Below, in pieces: positions 11,159 to 23,169 of a stretch of 64,000 bases of DNA. This DNA comes from Chlorokybus atmophyticus (Eukaryota; Plantae; Mesostigma and Chlorokybus algae): positions 1,631,442 to 1,695,441 of the forward strand of contig RHPI01002069.1 of assembly GCA_009103225.1 (NCBI GenBank), read 5' to 3'. Every line of letters starts with the position of its first letter. The stretch's first letter is position 1. The position numbers were made by a program, and so were the translations under genes. The notes under the pieces are model-generated. The model made no database searches and had not been told where the DNA came from. It saw only the letters and a list, made by a program, of their open reading frames with translations.

Positions 11159-12370
11159 TGTTGACTGTGTGTTCTACAGCACAGCATGTACACTAAGGAC
11201 ACCAGCTCCACATGTCCGTGTGATTCAGCGACAGCGGAGCAGCTCCACCAAGCACTCCTCGCCATCCGAGCTAAGTTGTCTTTTACTTTTGCCACAGGTT
11301 ACAACATGTTGCAGCAACAGGGCTAGCAAGCATGTCTTTCGCTGCAGCGGCCCGACACGGTGTGACCCTTGATTCTCCTCGACCCGACAGCTGTCATGCC
11401 TATTGCCCGTGTTGAAGGTATTACATGGGTGCTGCTTGTATCCGGTCAGCTTGCCCTCCACACAAGAGTCGAGAGTCGAAGGTATGGGCTGAGCATGTGG
11501 ACTCCGGACTTAGCAAGATGGTCGAGCCAGGACAGACTGTGGACCAGATGCTGAGTAGAGCGTTGGGAGAAACCGCGTAGCTTTGTGGATACGTAAGCTT
11601 AGCAGGCGTGGCTTAGCTTGTTGGAAAGCTCTGGTCGTGAGCCAAACAGCGCAACTTAGAGCGCGTTGAAAGGCTGAGTATTGTGCACGCGGTGCTTGCA
11701 AATGTAGACGTTTGTAGAAACTGGCGGGGTATAAAACCCCTGGACTTGTATGGCATTAATGGCAGTAGCAGTCATGCTCTTGTGTTGATGTTGTTGGCGT
11801 GTAACTTGCATGTGTGTATGTCAACAGCCCGCGCATACCAGCCGTCATCGAACATGCCTACATCGAACTCATCATCCAGCCTACCAGCCTACCAACGCGC
11901 GCGCGTCACTAACGAGTAGCTAGGTCATGACTCCAAAGTAGCTCACGACCATAGCCTACACAGGCACCGCGCGTAGTTGTTCAGTTGTGACTTCAGTTAT
12001 AAGTTGTGTTCTACATCGAGTGGTGATTGCGTGGAAATAGCCACGATATGACCGTTAGCTTATGTTCTGAACAGTCATAATTTGACTTGTATAAGTAGTC
12101 ACAGTGTTCACCAAATCAGCTAGTGACACTGAAAGTGAGAAAGCTAACAGCTTGTGAAACAACTTGAACTGCGAACACGCCATCCCGGTTACCAAGAACC
12201 CCCTCATTGTGTGAGAGCCTGTGCATGCTCGTGTGCATTGTGCTTGTCATTGCTGTGAGCTTGGTGTGCCTGGTTGCAGTGTGTTTGTTGGCATCGGTAA
12301 GAGCATAGTATCCACGTGTTGCTTGCTCATTCACCTCACTTAACAATGCAACACATTTTCCGCTCACGCA
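11159..12370 (+). repeat. 3' LTR (U3 with TATA at 11730-11736; distal part 11827-12370 repeats 936-1470)
   Basis: Starts TG right after the PPT; TATAAAA inside GGGG...CCCC; distal ~540 bp is the second copy of the 5' repeat. Exact right end uncertain. Confidence 0.65.
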
Positions 12371-13958
12371 GAGAGCCCGACACAGTGTGACCCTCGATTC
12401 TCCTTGACCCGACATCCTTGCAACGCTTCCGAGTTTTCAGCGTCAATAAGGTGAGAGCCTTGAACGCCATCCTCTGGCCTGAATAAGGGCCGGGTTTGTC
12501 ATAAGTGGCCATAAGAGCGGCCGCTGCTGAATCTGTGTGCATGAGTCGCAGTACATTATGCGTCAACTCGTGCTCGATCATGCGAATCACCATCTCCTTG
12601 CTTGCGCGCGGGAGTGCCGCGAAGTCCGTCTCATATGCGTCACGGACTTGCTGCGCCCATTCATCCCACACTTCCTTGCGAAGCTGGGGGTGTGTAGCAA
12701 GAAGAGCCTCATGCTGATGCGTACTTTGCTATGGCCGCCCCGATAATGCTCTGAGCGTCCATGGGTTGTTCGTCATGAGAGGATTTCTTTTAAGAAGCTT
12801 CACCACTCCTAGACTTGGCTTCTTCCTCCTCACTGACATTATAACTACCACTCATTTTCGAGTGCTTCACTTCCTCATCACTTGATGGCTGATATGATGA
12901 ATCCTCAGGAACGGGATGCATCCTGCCTTCCTCTTCTTGGTAAGACATCTGCCTAAGGAGACAAGCCATCAAAAAGTTTCCAAGTGCACGAGTGCACAAG
13001 TGCATACGAGTTGTGCACTCTGAAAGTGGCAAAACTTGTCGTGTTTCTTTTCGCATTGATTGCAAGGTTTTTAACTTGGGTAGAACAGCCCGTGAAGGGA
13101 CTACCCAACACCTCTCAACAAGACGCTTGCTTGCAAACAAACCGCACGCGATTTCATGCGACGGTTTGCAAGCTACAACAACTCAAAGTTTCCACTTTGT
13201 ACAACTCCACTAATTCACAATTGCAATTGACACTAGTATTGCCAAGTGTGAATGGAGTTTGCTTGGCCGAACAGAACAAGTCTGTTGGCCCCACCGCACT
13301 GACCGGCGGTCACGATAGCCGATGTTGCCACCGGACTGCCCTCAAGGGGTAGAGCACGCGTGCGAATGCGTGCGCGCACAAAACCCTTCACACCCCAGCG
13401 AATCCACGCGGTGGCTATCCCACAAGCACACACGTATTAATAGTAATGTAAGTTACTAAGTGATGTGCTGGGATGCAATGCTTGCGGTGAGGCTGCCTGA
13501 GTGGCCGCCTCCCCCTTACACCAACAAGCTAAGCTAGGCCAGGCAAGATAGGCTAGGCTAAGCAAGGAAGGCAAGGCTAGGCTACACCAACAGTAGCAAC
13601 CATACAACTATACAACCACAACAACTAGCTAACAACCACCACTAGACCCTAGTGGGTAGCGGCTGCTATCTGCCGCCGCTGCCGCCGCTGTTAGGCCACC
13701 AGCTTGAGCAGTGCCTACGGCCGCCTCTGCGCCCCGCCGCCGCCAAAGCCGCCGCCGCCGCCCCCCCAGGCCCCCACGCCCTCGCTCCAATACCAAATGT
13801 AAGAAGGGGGGTGCTACCGCCCCCTTTAATCCCCTACCCCAACACCACCACCAGCCACGCCGCCGGCCCACACCGCCGCCGCCGCTGCCGGGCAGCTGCC
13901 AGAGCAAAGGATACTCTAGCTATGGCGGCCGTTGCGTTATCAGCACCGCCATGCGGCC

Positions 13959-13994
13959 GATATCGATGTGAGACTCATGTCTCACATCGATATC
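13959..13994. repeat. Perfect 16 bp inverted repeat (hairpin, 4 nt loop)
   Basis: GATATCGATGTGAGAC-tcat-GTCTCACATCGATATC. Confidence 0.95.
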
Positions 13995-15281
13995 AGTGAT
14001 AGCGATAAGCTAACACTACATCAAGGCCATAAAGGCCCTAATACGGCTCAATTGGCTGTTTATTACCCGTTGGAACCCTTATTTTTACCTAAATAAGGGC
14101 GGGGAAGCGCATAGCGCTAGCACTCCGTTACAGAAAGGGGCCAAGGCTACGCTAAGCACCCCATCCAGCAGGAAATACGACATGGCTAGGCCCTACAACT
14201 AAGACCCCAAGGTTTCAACCAGCAGCAGGAGTGCAGGCAGCATGGATACAGGAACCCGTGAATTAAGCAAGCTACTGGATGGTTTGTTTTCCACAATCAA
14301 TTACATTATATATACATACATTAATAATGTAATAACACAATCATATACAGTTGTCGAAACTGAAATGTTATAAGGATATTAAATGCAATCAAACCACAAG
14401 ACGCTTTCATTTTCGGATTACATTGTATGTTATACCTAAAAATTTCTCATCAAGCAACTTTAGATGTGATAGCTACAATATTAGTCGGATCCTTGATGCA
14501 TGAGTCTATGCAAAATAATCAGTACATCATAGTTTTTAAGAATGTGTGAACAATAATCGTATAACACTTGTATTCAATTAATTAACTCAAGCGTGCACAA
14601 GGAATAGTGGCACATACCTCACCACGTGTAACACATGTGAGTATCAGTCAGTGTTAGTGGTAACAAAAACGATTACCGGTGTTTGTACCGTACTTGTATT
14701 TCTCCCACTGCAGCCATGCATAGCCGCAGCCATTGACCCATGCATTACGCATACAGGATGTGTAATGCAGGACAAGCCCATGGCCCCTATAGACCAGGGC
14801 GACACGACCAGATTCAGATACGCAATGTGTGCATGGTGTCCACGCGGACAGCCACCGACTCATCAATTGCAAGTGAACAATGTCAAATCCCTCGCACCGG
14901 CCTTTGACCGAATTACAATGAGCCCAGCAGCCCCGGCAATGTCCGGTGCACAGTCGCGCATGCCACGCGACATAGCGTGCGCCGCTCGCCCTGCTTTCGT
15001 GTGGCCATGCGTCGTCCGACCGGTTGAAGTCACTTGCCGACGTGGTTGCGGTCGCGACGGTCCGTTTCATCGATCCGACGGCTTGGCGGTAGAAAAGGTG
15101 GAGATATCGCCGATCTCTGCCATATCACCGCCCGGATGAAGCGTCACTCCGTGAAGTTGCGTGACTGCGTTACGGACTACTACTACGGTGTGCTGAGCGC
15201 TGCGGCTTTTGTGGTCTGCTGTGGCCTGCTGTGTGCTGGTATCACTGGCGTGGTTGAAGTGGGTTGGCGCAGTGGTGCGCT

Positions 15282-18200
15282 ATGGGGCGGCTGTTGGCGC
15301 TGTCATGCGTGCTGCCGTCAGGGACTGGGCTGCGGCTTCAGGGCAGAAGGGTGGTCGGGCAGCCTGCCAGGAAGAATGCTGGAGCGAACAGCGTGCCCGC
15401 CGCCGTCAGATGCGCCGTGGCCGTGGAGCGAGACGCCGTCAAGGTGCTGGAGCAGCGCCTCAGCACGGATGTCACCTCCGCTGCTCAGCCTGCTGATGTC
15501 GCTTCAACGTCTGCCTCTCAACCTCGGCAGCAACGTCGCCGACGACAGCAGCGACAGCAGCTACAGCAACAGCAACAGCAATCGCAAGCCAGCTCTCCGC
15601 TGCCTGCCAGCCTGCGAATTGTTCCCAAGCACCAGCAGGATGTTGTTAATGAAGCAATTGAGGTCAAGGAGGACACTCAGGTTGCCGTCAGCCAGCCGCC
15701 GCCGCCGCCGCAGCAGCAACAGAACAGCAGCAATGACACTGCCAAGGGCGATCCGCTGGGCCGCAAGCGTATAGGCTCTGCTGTCGTGCGCTGGCTCGCT
15801 CGTGGCACACGCCAATGTGCCCGAGCTGTAATTGATAGTGTCAACAATGGTGAACTGGATGCAGACGACGAATTTGATCTCCTCTCCACAGTGCAGCCTT
15901 TCCTCGACAAGTGAGTGGTTGTATTGCTGCAATTGGACCATGCATTCTTGTTTGGATCATGCATTGGGGCATGCTGCTACGCATCGTGCTTGGCTGTGTG
16001 TTGCTTGCAACCTAAAAGCTTGGCAGCTGTCGGTCTCATGCATTCAAACGTCATTTAGTGCTGCTCGTGTGCTGTTGCTATGCCCTGTGGGAAATGCAGG
16101 TGGCCATGTTGTTCATGTTGGCAATTGATGTCTTGGGCACGTCACCCCTACACTCAGTCCTCACACTGTTGCTGTCAAACAGGTGCGAAATGCCTCCAGA
16201 CACAGGCAACTGTCAGCTGGCGCGGTGGCACCTGCCAACCATCTGGGATCACTTTCAACGCGAGACAATGGCATTGCTCAGAGACATGGAGAGCGAGCTG
16301 CCTCTGGTTGATGAAGAAAAGGACAGCAAGGCATCTGATGAGGATGACTCGCTGCCATTGTGGCAGCGGTCATTGGCATGGGCGTTTGTGAAGGATTTAC
16401 CTCAGCGCGAGTTCCACAAGCAGGTCGCTCGGGATAGGACTCCCGCGCCTGAGCCACTGATGGCGATCCAGCAGCGGATTGAGGAGTATGTTGACAATGC
16501 TTTGCAGCTCCTCAAGTTTGAAAGGGACTCTGAGGTGGCCGTCACCCAGCAGCTGTTGGGCGAAACGCCTCTGGATGGTCTGCCCCTGGACGTTGATGAG
16601 ACACTGGACCGCGACCGCAATGACACAATTGACTCCTTGATTGTTGTCAACACAGCCAGCGGCCTGAATAACGCCCAGCTATTGACTCTGCGCCGGCTGC
16701 AAGGTGGTGCCCTGCCGGAGTCCACTGTGCAGCCGGGCGATGTGGTCATGTTGCGTTGTGAGGCTCCTCTGAACGAAGAAGATGATGCCAACGACTTCTG
16801 CATTGAGCTGCAATGCAACGTCCACAGGCTTGGTGAAAGCGGCAATTCGATCACAGTTTCTGTGGAACAGGCGCTTGGAGATGTGGTTGACCACGTCTTC
16901 GGGCAGGTCCTCAGATTGACAAGGCTGCGTTCGTTGGCAAACGATATAACATATGAGGTAGACAAATTGCAGTGCTTGGAAATTTTATTGTTGCTTTGCA
17001 GTGGCACAACCTACAAAAAAACTGGCACAATGCATGCAAGAGGCGTGTGCATGGGACGCTAACTTGCCTGTATGCCCACGCAGAGGAACTGCAGTGCGCT
17101 AGAGCGGTTGCGCAGAGCTGGTCTGCGGAACTCGCCTGCCAAAGCCGCTGTGAAGACGCTCTTCGGTCAGGATCCGCTTGTGTTACCAAAAGGAGGCGAG
17201 AAGCTGTTCTCCAGCGAGTCCTCAGAAAAGTCGAAGAAGAACTTTTTAGAGAAGTCACAACGTGAAGCGGTGGCTTTTGCATTGGATGCCACTTTGCCAG
17301 TCGCGGTCATTCAGGTATACTGTTGGTATAACCTATCATGCATGTGACGCAGCTTACTTAGCAGCACATGTTCTCAGTTATTGGCAGCCAGTTTTGGTTG
17401 GGTCAAGACTTGTTTGTGTTGGGTTGCGCTGTTTAACGTATTGACTCTGTGCCCATCATGCAGGGTCCGCCTGGTACAGGCAAGACCACAGTGGTGACGG
17501 ACATTGTAGAGCGCGCTGTGCAGCGAGGAGAGCGTGTGCTTGCATCAGCTGCCAGTAATGCTGCCATTGATAACTTGGTGGACAAGCTGGCAGACAAGGG
17601 TCTGAAGGTGGTGCGCTTAGGTAATCCCACCAGGTTTTCCGCCAATGTTGCAGCCAGGTCGCTCTCGAACCTGCTGGACGGAAAGTTGTATGACTTCCGC
17701 AAAGAATACTATCGCGTGCGCGAGCAGCTGCGCCAGGAGCTGGCGTATACGCGCAACCCTGAGCAGCACCAAGACCTTCGCATGCGATTGAGGTGTGTAC
17801 GTGCAACAAGTAGTGCATACTGGAGCGTCGAAGGACTATCACAGTACAGAAGTGCATGCTTCTGGGATATCTAACATAAGTACTGGATCCACCCAAACCA
17901 CTGTTGCCTAATAATGTTTCCGTAGGCGTCTGTCACGCCTGGCACAGAAGGAGGAGAAGAATGCCGCCACTTCTCTATTGGCTGAGGCGCAAGTTGTCCT
18001 TTGCACCAACACTGGCGCAGCAGACCCTCTGCTGCAGAAGCAACCCACGTTTGACATGGTGGTGATTGATGAAGCCGGACAGGTGTGCCTTGTGCTTATT
18101 GCAGGACAGTTGTGCGATTCAACGGCTTTACTAACAATGCCCATTTGGACAGTCATTATACAAGCTGCTGATGAGGTAGCCTTTATTGCGTGTTCATCTC

Positions 18201-19206
18201 TTACCCGCATGTGCTCTCTTTAGGCGACTGAGCCCAGCACATGGATAGCTTTGTTGCATGGGCGGCGGGCTGTGCTGGTTGGGGACACCTGCCAGCTGGC
18301 ACCAACAGTCATTTCCAGAGACGCGGTGGCTGGAGGATTGAACACCTCGCTCATGGAAAGGGCTGCCTCCCTTCACAATGGGGCGCTGACCCGCATGCTT
18401 CGGACGCAGTATCGCATGCACCCGCACATTGCACTTTGGGCCTCAAACGAGATGTATAATGGCAGGTTGCAAAGGTGAGCTTGCTCGGTGGTTGTGACTT
18501 GTGTGCACAAGCAACATGTTGTAAGGAGACACCTCAACACCCGCAGATTGTCTGCTGTGTTCCTAACTCTGTCGTGCTTTGCAGTGCGTATTTCTTGAAT
18601 GGAAGAGTGTTAAGCAAGCGGCCTCATGTGACGCGCACACCCGACACGGAGACTCCTATGCTGTTGTTGGACACAAGGACGGTCACTGGCATCATACCCG
18701 ACTCATGCTTAGAGATGTTAGAGATGAGCGGGTCTTTCCACAATGAGGGCGAAGCTCACATAGTTGCGAGGCATGTACAAGACCTGATGGCTGCAGGGGT
18801 GCCTGCAACCAGCATCGCTGTTGCTTCACCGTACAATGCACAAGTGGAGTTGCTGAAGCAGCGCCTGGCACTTGTACCTGGCTGCAACGCAGTTGAAGTC
18901 ACCAGCATTGACAGCTTCCAAGGCCGTGAAGCCGATGCTGTCATCATCTCCATGGTGCGGTCCAACGACAAGGGTGCTGTAGGCTTTCTTGCTGATGCCC
19001 GTCGCATGAATGTGGCCATCACCCGAGCAAGAATGCACGTAGCCGTAGTGTGCGACACGAAGACGGTCACTAAGCACCCATTCCTGCGGAGACTGGTTCA
19101 GCACATCAAAAGCTATGGCTGCACCAGATCTGCACATGAAGTTGCGGAAGTCATGACCATCTCACCCCCTGTCCCCATAGAGCAGAGGGGCGCTGTCAGT
19201 GCGTAG
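15282..19206 (+). CDS. SF1 (UPF1/IGHMBP2-like) SMUBP-2-type helicase with putative plastid transit peptide; multi-exon
   Basis: QGPPGTGKTT, ASNAAIDNL, DEAGQ, QYRMHPHI, SIDSFQGREAD, RRMNVAITRAR; GT-AG introns; Ala/Arg-rich N-terminus. Confidence 0.9.
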
Positions 19207-20050
19207 ACTGTCTGTGCCCTGTAGCAATAGCACTGTAGAAACAGTGTACATACATCTATTCAGTGAGTTATTGTTTTCTCGTTTGCCCTTGCTCAGTTGC
19301 TGCTGTCTTATAATCTGCTTTGCCAGACTGCCATCACATCCACCTGGCAGTTTTATATATATGTGAACTAATGTGAAATTGTCACCGAATAATGTTGCGC
19401 AGCTTTTCACACTCTGATTGCTTTTGATGTTGTCAAATGGCACTAGCTCCTGTTCAAGCTCTGATAAATGCGTCAACCAAAGCATGCATAGGGTCAGAGC
19501 ATGGTTCTCTTTGGTTGCGCAGAATCAATTGGCGTCTCACGCAGCATGCACCAAACGGCCTCTGCTGCAGTTCTTATCCTGATGCTTTACTCAATGACTG
19601 TTTGAGCTACTACAGCCCCTGTGACTTCAGTGTGTTCACGTGTCCAGGGGCTAGATTGTTTACCCAGCGGATGGCTACATTTTGTGACTCACCCATCTGT
19701 TAGTTGTCGGTGTCAACTTCGGAGGGTAGAACGCAAGTATCTCACCTCCATTTAGTGAAAGGGGCTTACCATACACTGACATGGCAAGTACGCAATTTCC
19801 AAAGCGGCGGCAATGCAATGGGTACTCTCCTGGATTTGGGTAACAAGCTATGCAACCGACAGCAAACGGCTGCTCCACGCATGCTCGCACATCCGCACCG
19901 TTCATAGCCAACCAACTTGTGCATTGGGGCAGGAATGCTTATGCATATATCTGATTATATATGCTTAAATTGACGAGCAGCGAACAGCTAAGTAGATTAT
20001 CTTATTGGTACATATATACAGGATAGTAGCAGATCACCCATTTCTGCAGA

Positions 20051-21104
20051 TCACTGTCCTGTTGACCCAAAGCCTCCGGCCCCGCGCACGGTGTCGGCCA
20101 GCTGGTCGACCTCCAAGACTTCAGGCGTGACGATGCGTTCGAGGATGAGCTGCGCGACGCGGTCGCCTGGCTTGACGGCGAAGTCGGCGTCGCTGTGGTT
20201 AAAGAGAATAACGCCCACAGGGCCGCGGTAGTCTGCGTCCACCACGCCCGCACCCGTTGCTATCGAGTGTTTCCACGCCAGCCCCGACCGCGGTGCTGTG
20301 CAAAATAAGCTCTTAACAGCAGCATAATAACAAGCCACTGTACCTTTGTTGACGACAATTCACACAAGCAACACTAGAACAGTCTAGTCAAGCTTGCTTA
20401 TGCAACGTGTGAGATTATATAAGCTTGCATACATACATATGTAACAAGCAAATGCTTGCAGCTTTGATTGACCAACTTATGTCGACTGATCAATCGGCAT
20501 GGCAGCAACTACTTGATCACTTCATAGAAATAACTTGTTTTACGCGAAAGCGTTGCAAGACGGGCTTGGTTGTCGCATCCACAGTCGCTGGCGCAACTGA
20601 CTGTGCAGCCAGCAACTCACACTGATGACAAGCTGTTAGCAAGGCGGAGCAATCATGCAGGTGTCTTAGCGTGTGCGCCAGTCAAACTGCAGCCCTCGTA
20701 CCTATGCGGGCGTAGGTGTCGGCGGGGATGGCGATGGCGATGTCGGTTGGGACGAGCGCCTTACCCCTGGCGGGCACCACGCACTCTGCTGCGCTATGAA
20801 GGTCGTACCTGAAGTGAAGCAGGTTTTACATGTATGTCAACAGCGCATTCAAGTCATCACGAGGCCACTCAGCAACCAACAGCATACATATAAGCACAAG
20901 CTCAGGCATAAGCATCAACACATGCATGGCAGCATGCTCTCTCAACCAGGCCTCTCACCCGGCAGCGTGGGCAGAGCCCCTGCTCGGCAGCGTGGCCCGC
21001 TCGCTCAATCGCTTCACCTGAAGCACCGGCTTACTTACGCCACCGCCGCACGCCTCAGCGCCGCCACCCACTACCGCCGCCGCCGCCGCCGCCGCCTGCA
21101 CCAT
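20051..21104 (-). CDS. DUT: dUTP pyrophosphatase, 3 exons
   Basis: [22 protein letters not shown]|YDLHSA...[10 protein letters not shown]...YARI|APRSGLA...[11 protein letters not shown]...RVAQLI...[10 protein letters not shown]: all five dUTPase motifs. Exons ~21104-20960, 20809-20702, ~20297-20051. Confidence 0.95.
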
Positions 21105-21273
21105 CCTGCCGCCCAATTTCCGCTTCATTGTGCCGCAACAAACGACTGAAGCTCTTGCAGTGTGAGCCACTTCCCGCCAGAAGCTTGTGCGCAACGCACA
21201 AAGACAATTTGGTCTTGTGCAGTCAGCGCACAAGCAAAAGACAGTGAGCGACGTCACTAGCAAGCCACGTGGC

Positions 21274-21285
21274 ATGCAGCGGCGA

Positions 21286-21317
<32 letters not shown>

Positions 21318-22506
21318 AGGAGGAGGAGCAGGGCCAGGAGGAGCAGTAGGGGTGGGCGATCTGGAGGGGGGTGCTGCGCCGCTGCTGGCCGAGCGGGGCA
21401 ACCGGGCCGGCGGCGAGATGACGGTGGGGCAAGGGTGGCGCTCTGCGCCCGCCGTCGCCGCCCAGGTGGTGGCGGCGGCGGTGCTGGTGATGGTGCTTAC
21501 GTGGAGCCTGCACTTCAGGGGTGGTGTGGCTTGGAGTCAACCTGTTCCCCTCATCTTCAACGTGAGCATGCGGAAGCACCCCGTGTATACACTAGTGCAA
21601 ATAATCATGTGACAGCTCATTGTATCAATGCACACAGACTACTAGATAGCTGTTTGTAAAAGTTTGAACACTCGGTGTGCATTTTGTTCCTTGTGTCATT
21701 GGCATTGTAAACTTGACACCTAATGCGGCGCAGTGGCATCCCATCTTGATGGTACTCGGATTGGTCATTCTCCCCAGCGAAGGTAATGACATACACCCTC
21801 CAATGTCATCCCTTGGAATTCTATCTGATGCCTTGAAATTTATAACGACAAAACAACCACAATGACAACATGCAGCTCGGCATGCTTTGGCATGCTTTGA
21901 ATGAACATGCATCTTTGTACACGTGCAGCGGTGATGGCGTACCGGCTGTTGCCGTTTAGCAAAGTGACGAACAAGAAGGTGCACCTCACCCTACAGGGCA
22001 CCGCGCTCGTGCTTGGGATCATTGGCGTGTCAGCCGCCCTGCGCAACCACAACAAGGCCGGCATACCCAACTTCTACTCCCTCCACTCATGGCTAGGCCT
22101 TATCACCCTCACAGGCTTCACCTTACAAGTGTGTACATGTCTGCTCAGGTCCAAGTCATCATTGCTTGCACGTGTGTCTCATTGTGTACGTATGTCGCAG
22201 TGGTTGAGTGGCCTTGTGGTGTTCCTTCATCCGGGATGTGTGCCTGAGAAGAGGGCGGCGATGTTGCCGTGGCACATGTACTTTGGAGGCTTGTTGTACG
22301 CGTTGGCGCTCGCAACAGCGGCACTCGGCACACAGGAGAAGCTCGCGTTCTTGGAGGCGTTCCCTCCACCGATTGACCGGCGTTCTGCGGAGGCGGTCAT
22401 GGCGCAGATCATGGCCATCCTCTTCTTTGTGCTGGGCGGTCTTGTAATGTTCGTCCTCACGCGCCTGCCAAAAAGCGAGATGGAGTACGGACGTCTTATT
22501 GAATAG
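21274..22506 (+). CDS. CYB561: Cytochrome b561 (ascorbate-dependent transmembrane reductase), 4 exons, N-terminal poly-Gly
   Basis: FN|WHPILM, KKVHLTLQ, FYSLHSWLG, PWHMYFG: four heme-ligand His; E-K in TQEKL. Confidence 0.92.
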
Positions 22507-23169
22507 AGGGTTACTGCTTATGGGCCTGGTTGGGCTGCTTGTTCAGTTTTGTTTTGTAAACTTGTATATACTTCGTGGGGTGATTGGCGCTGTGTACTGT
22601 CTGTTGGAGTGGATGCATTTTGCACACTACACCATCGCACCCCCCCTTATATTCACCAGGATGTTCAACTCAGTCTTACTTCTTATCTACCTTCACTACT
22701 GCCCATAACGCGCAACATACATGCATGCATGTGTGATACCTGTACAACAGCCAGGTTTGGTTGGTCGGTGGGTCAGGTGTGGGGACTCAGTTACAGGGCA
22801 TGCAGTCAATTGCTCAGATGTGGACATGGAGTGGCAAAATTCCCAATGCTTCAGGTTAGCATCAATTTGCGGCGTCAGGGCTAGGCTGCATCGCAATGGT
22901 AACCACTCAGGTGGGAAACACGCACCCAAGCGTGTGAAAGCACAGATGCATTATGCGAGGCGTTGGGTAAAATCAGATGCAGCGCTAACTATGCTCATAA
23001 CGACCTTCTGGCTGGACAGCACTTATTTGGTTATTGACAGCTATTGGACTGACATTCAAGGTCACTCCTACGTAGATGTGTGGTACTGTACGGTAAAGAA
23101 CAGGACAGGCGAGAAGGACAAGCGATTGTGTGCTGGCAACATTGCTCACGGACGATCACTGCAGTGCTG

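Larger units (their letters stand above)
932..12370 (+). mobile_element. Decayed Ty3/Gypsy LTR retrotransposon carrying a C5-DNA methyltransferase and an integrase-fused PHD finger
   Basis: Domain order gag-PR-DNMT-RT-RH-INT (Gypsy order); direct repeats 936-1470 / 11827-12370; polypurine tract at 11145-11158; many stops and frameshifts. Confidence 0.9.

Noticed and set aside
13629-13999. Pro/Ala/Arg-rich ORFs on both strands
   Set aside because: Arise from GC-rich low-complexity sequence; no domain or splice support.
14651-15260. Several 130-250 aa ORFs upstream of the helicase
   Set aside because: Overlapping in multiple frames, no motifs; likely promoter/UTR chance ORFs.
20955-21401. Long N-terminal extension of dUTPase (poly-Pro)
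   Set aside because: It is the antisense of the CYB561 poly-Gly exon; ATG 21104 is the more parsimonious start, although a targeting extension cannot be excluded.
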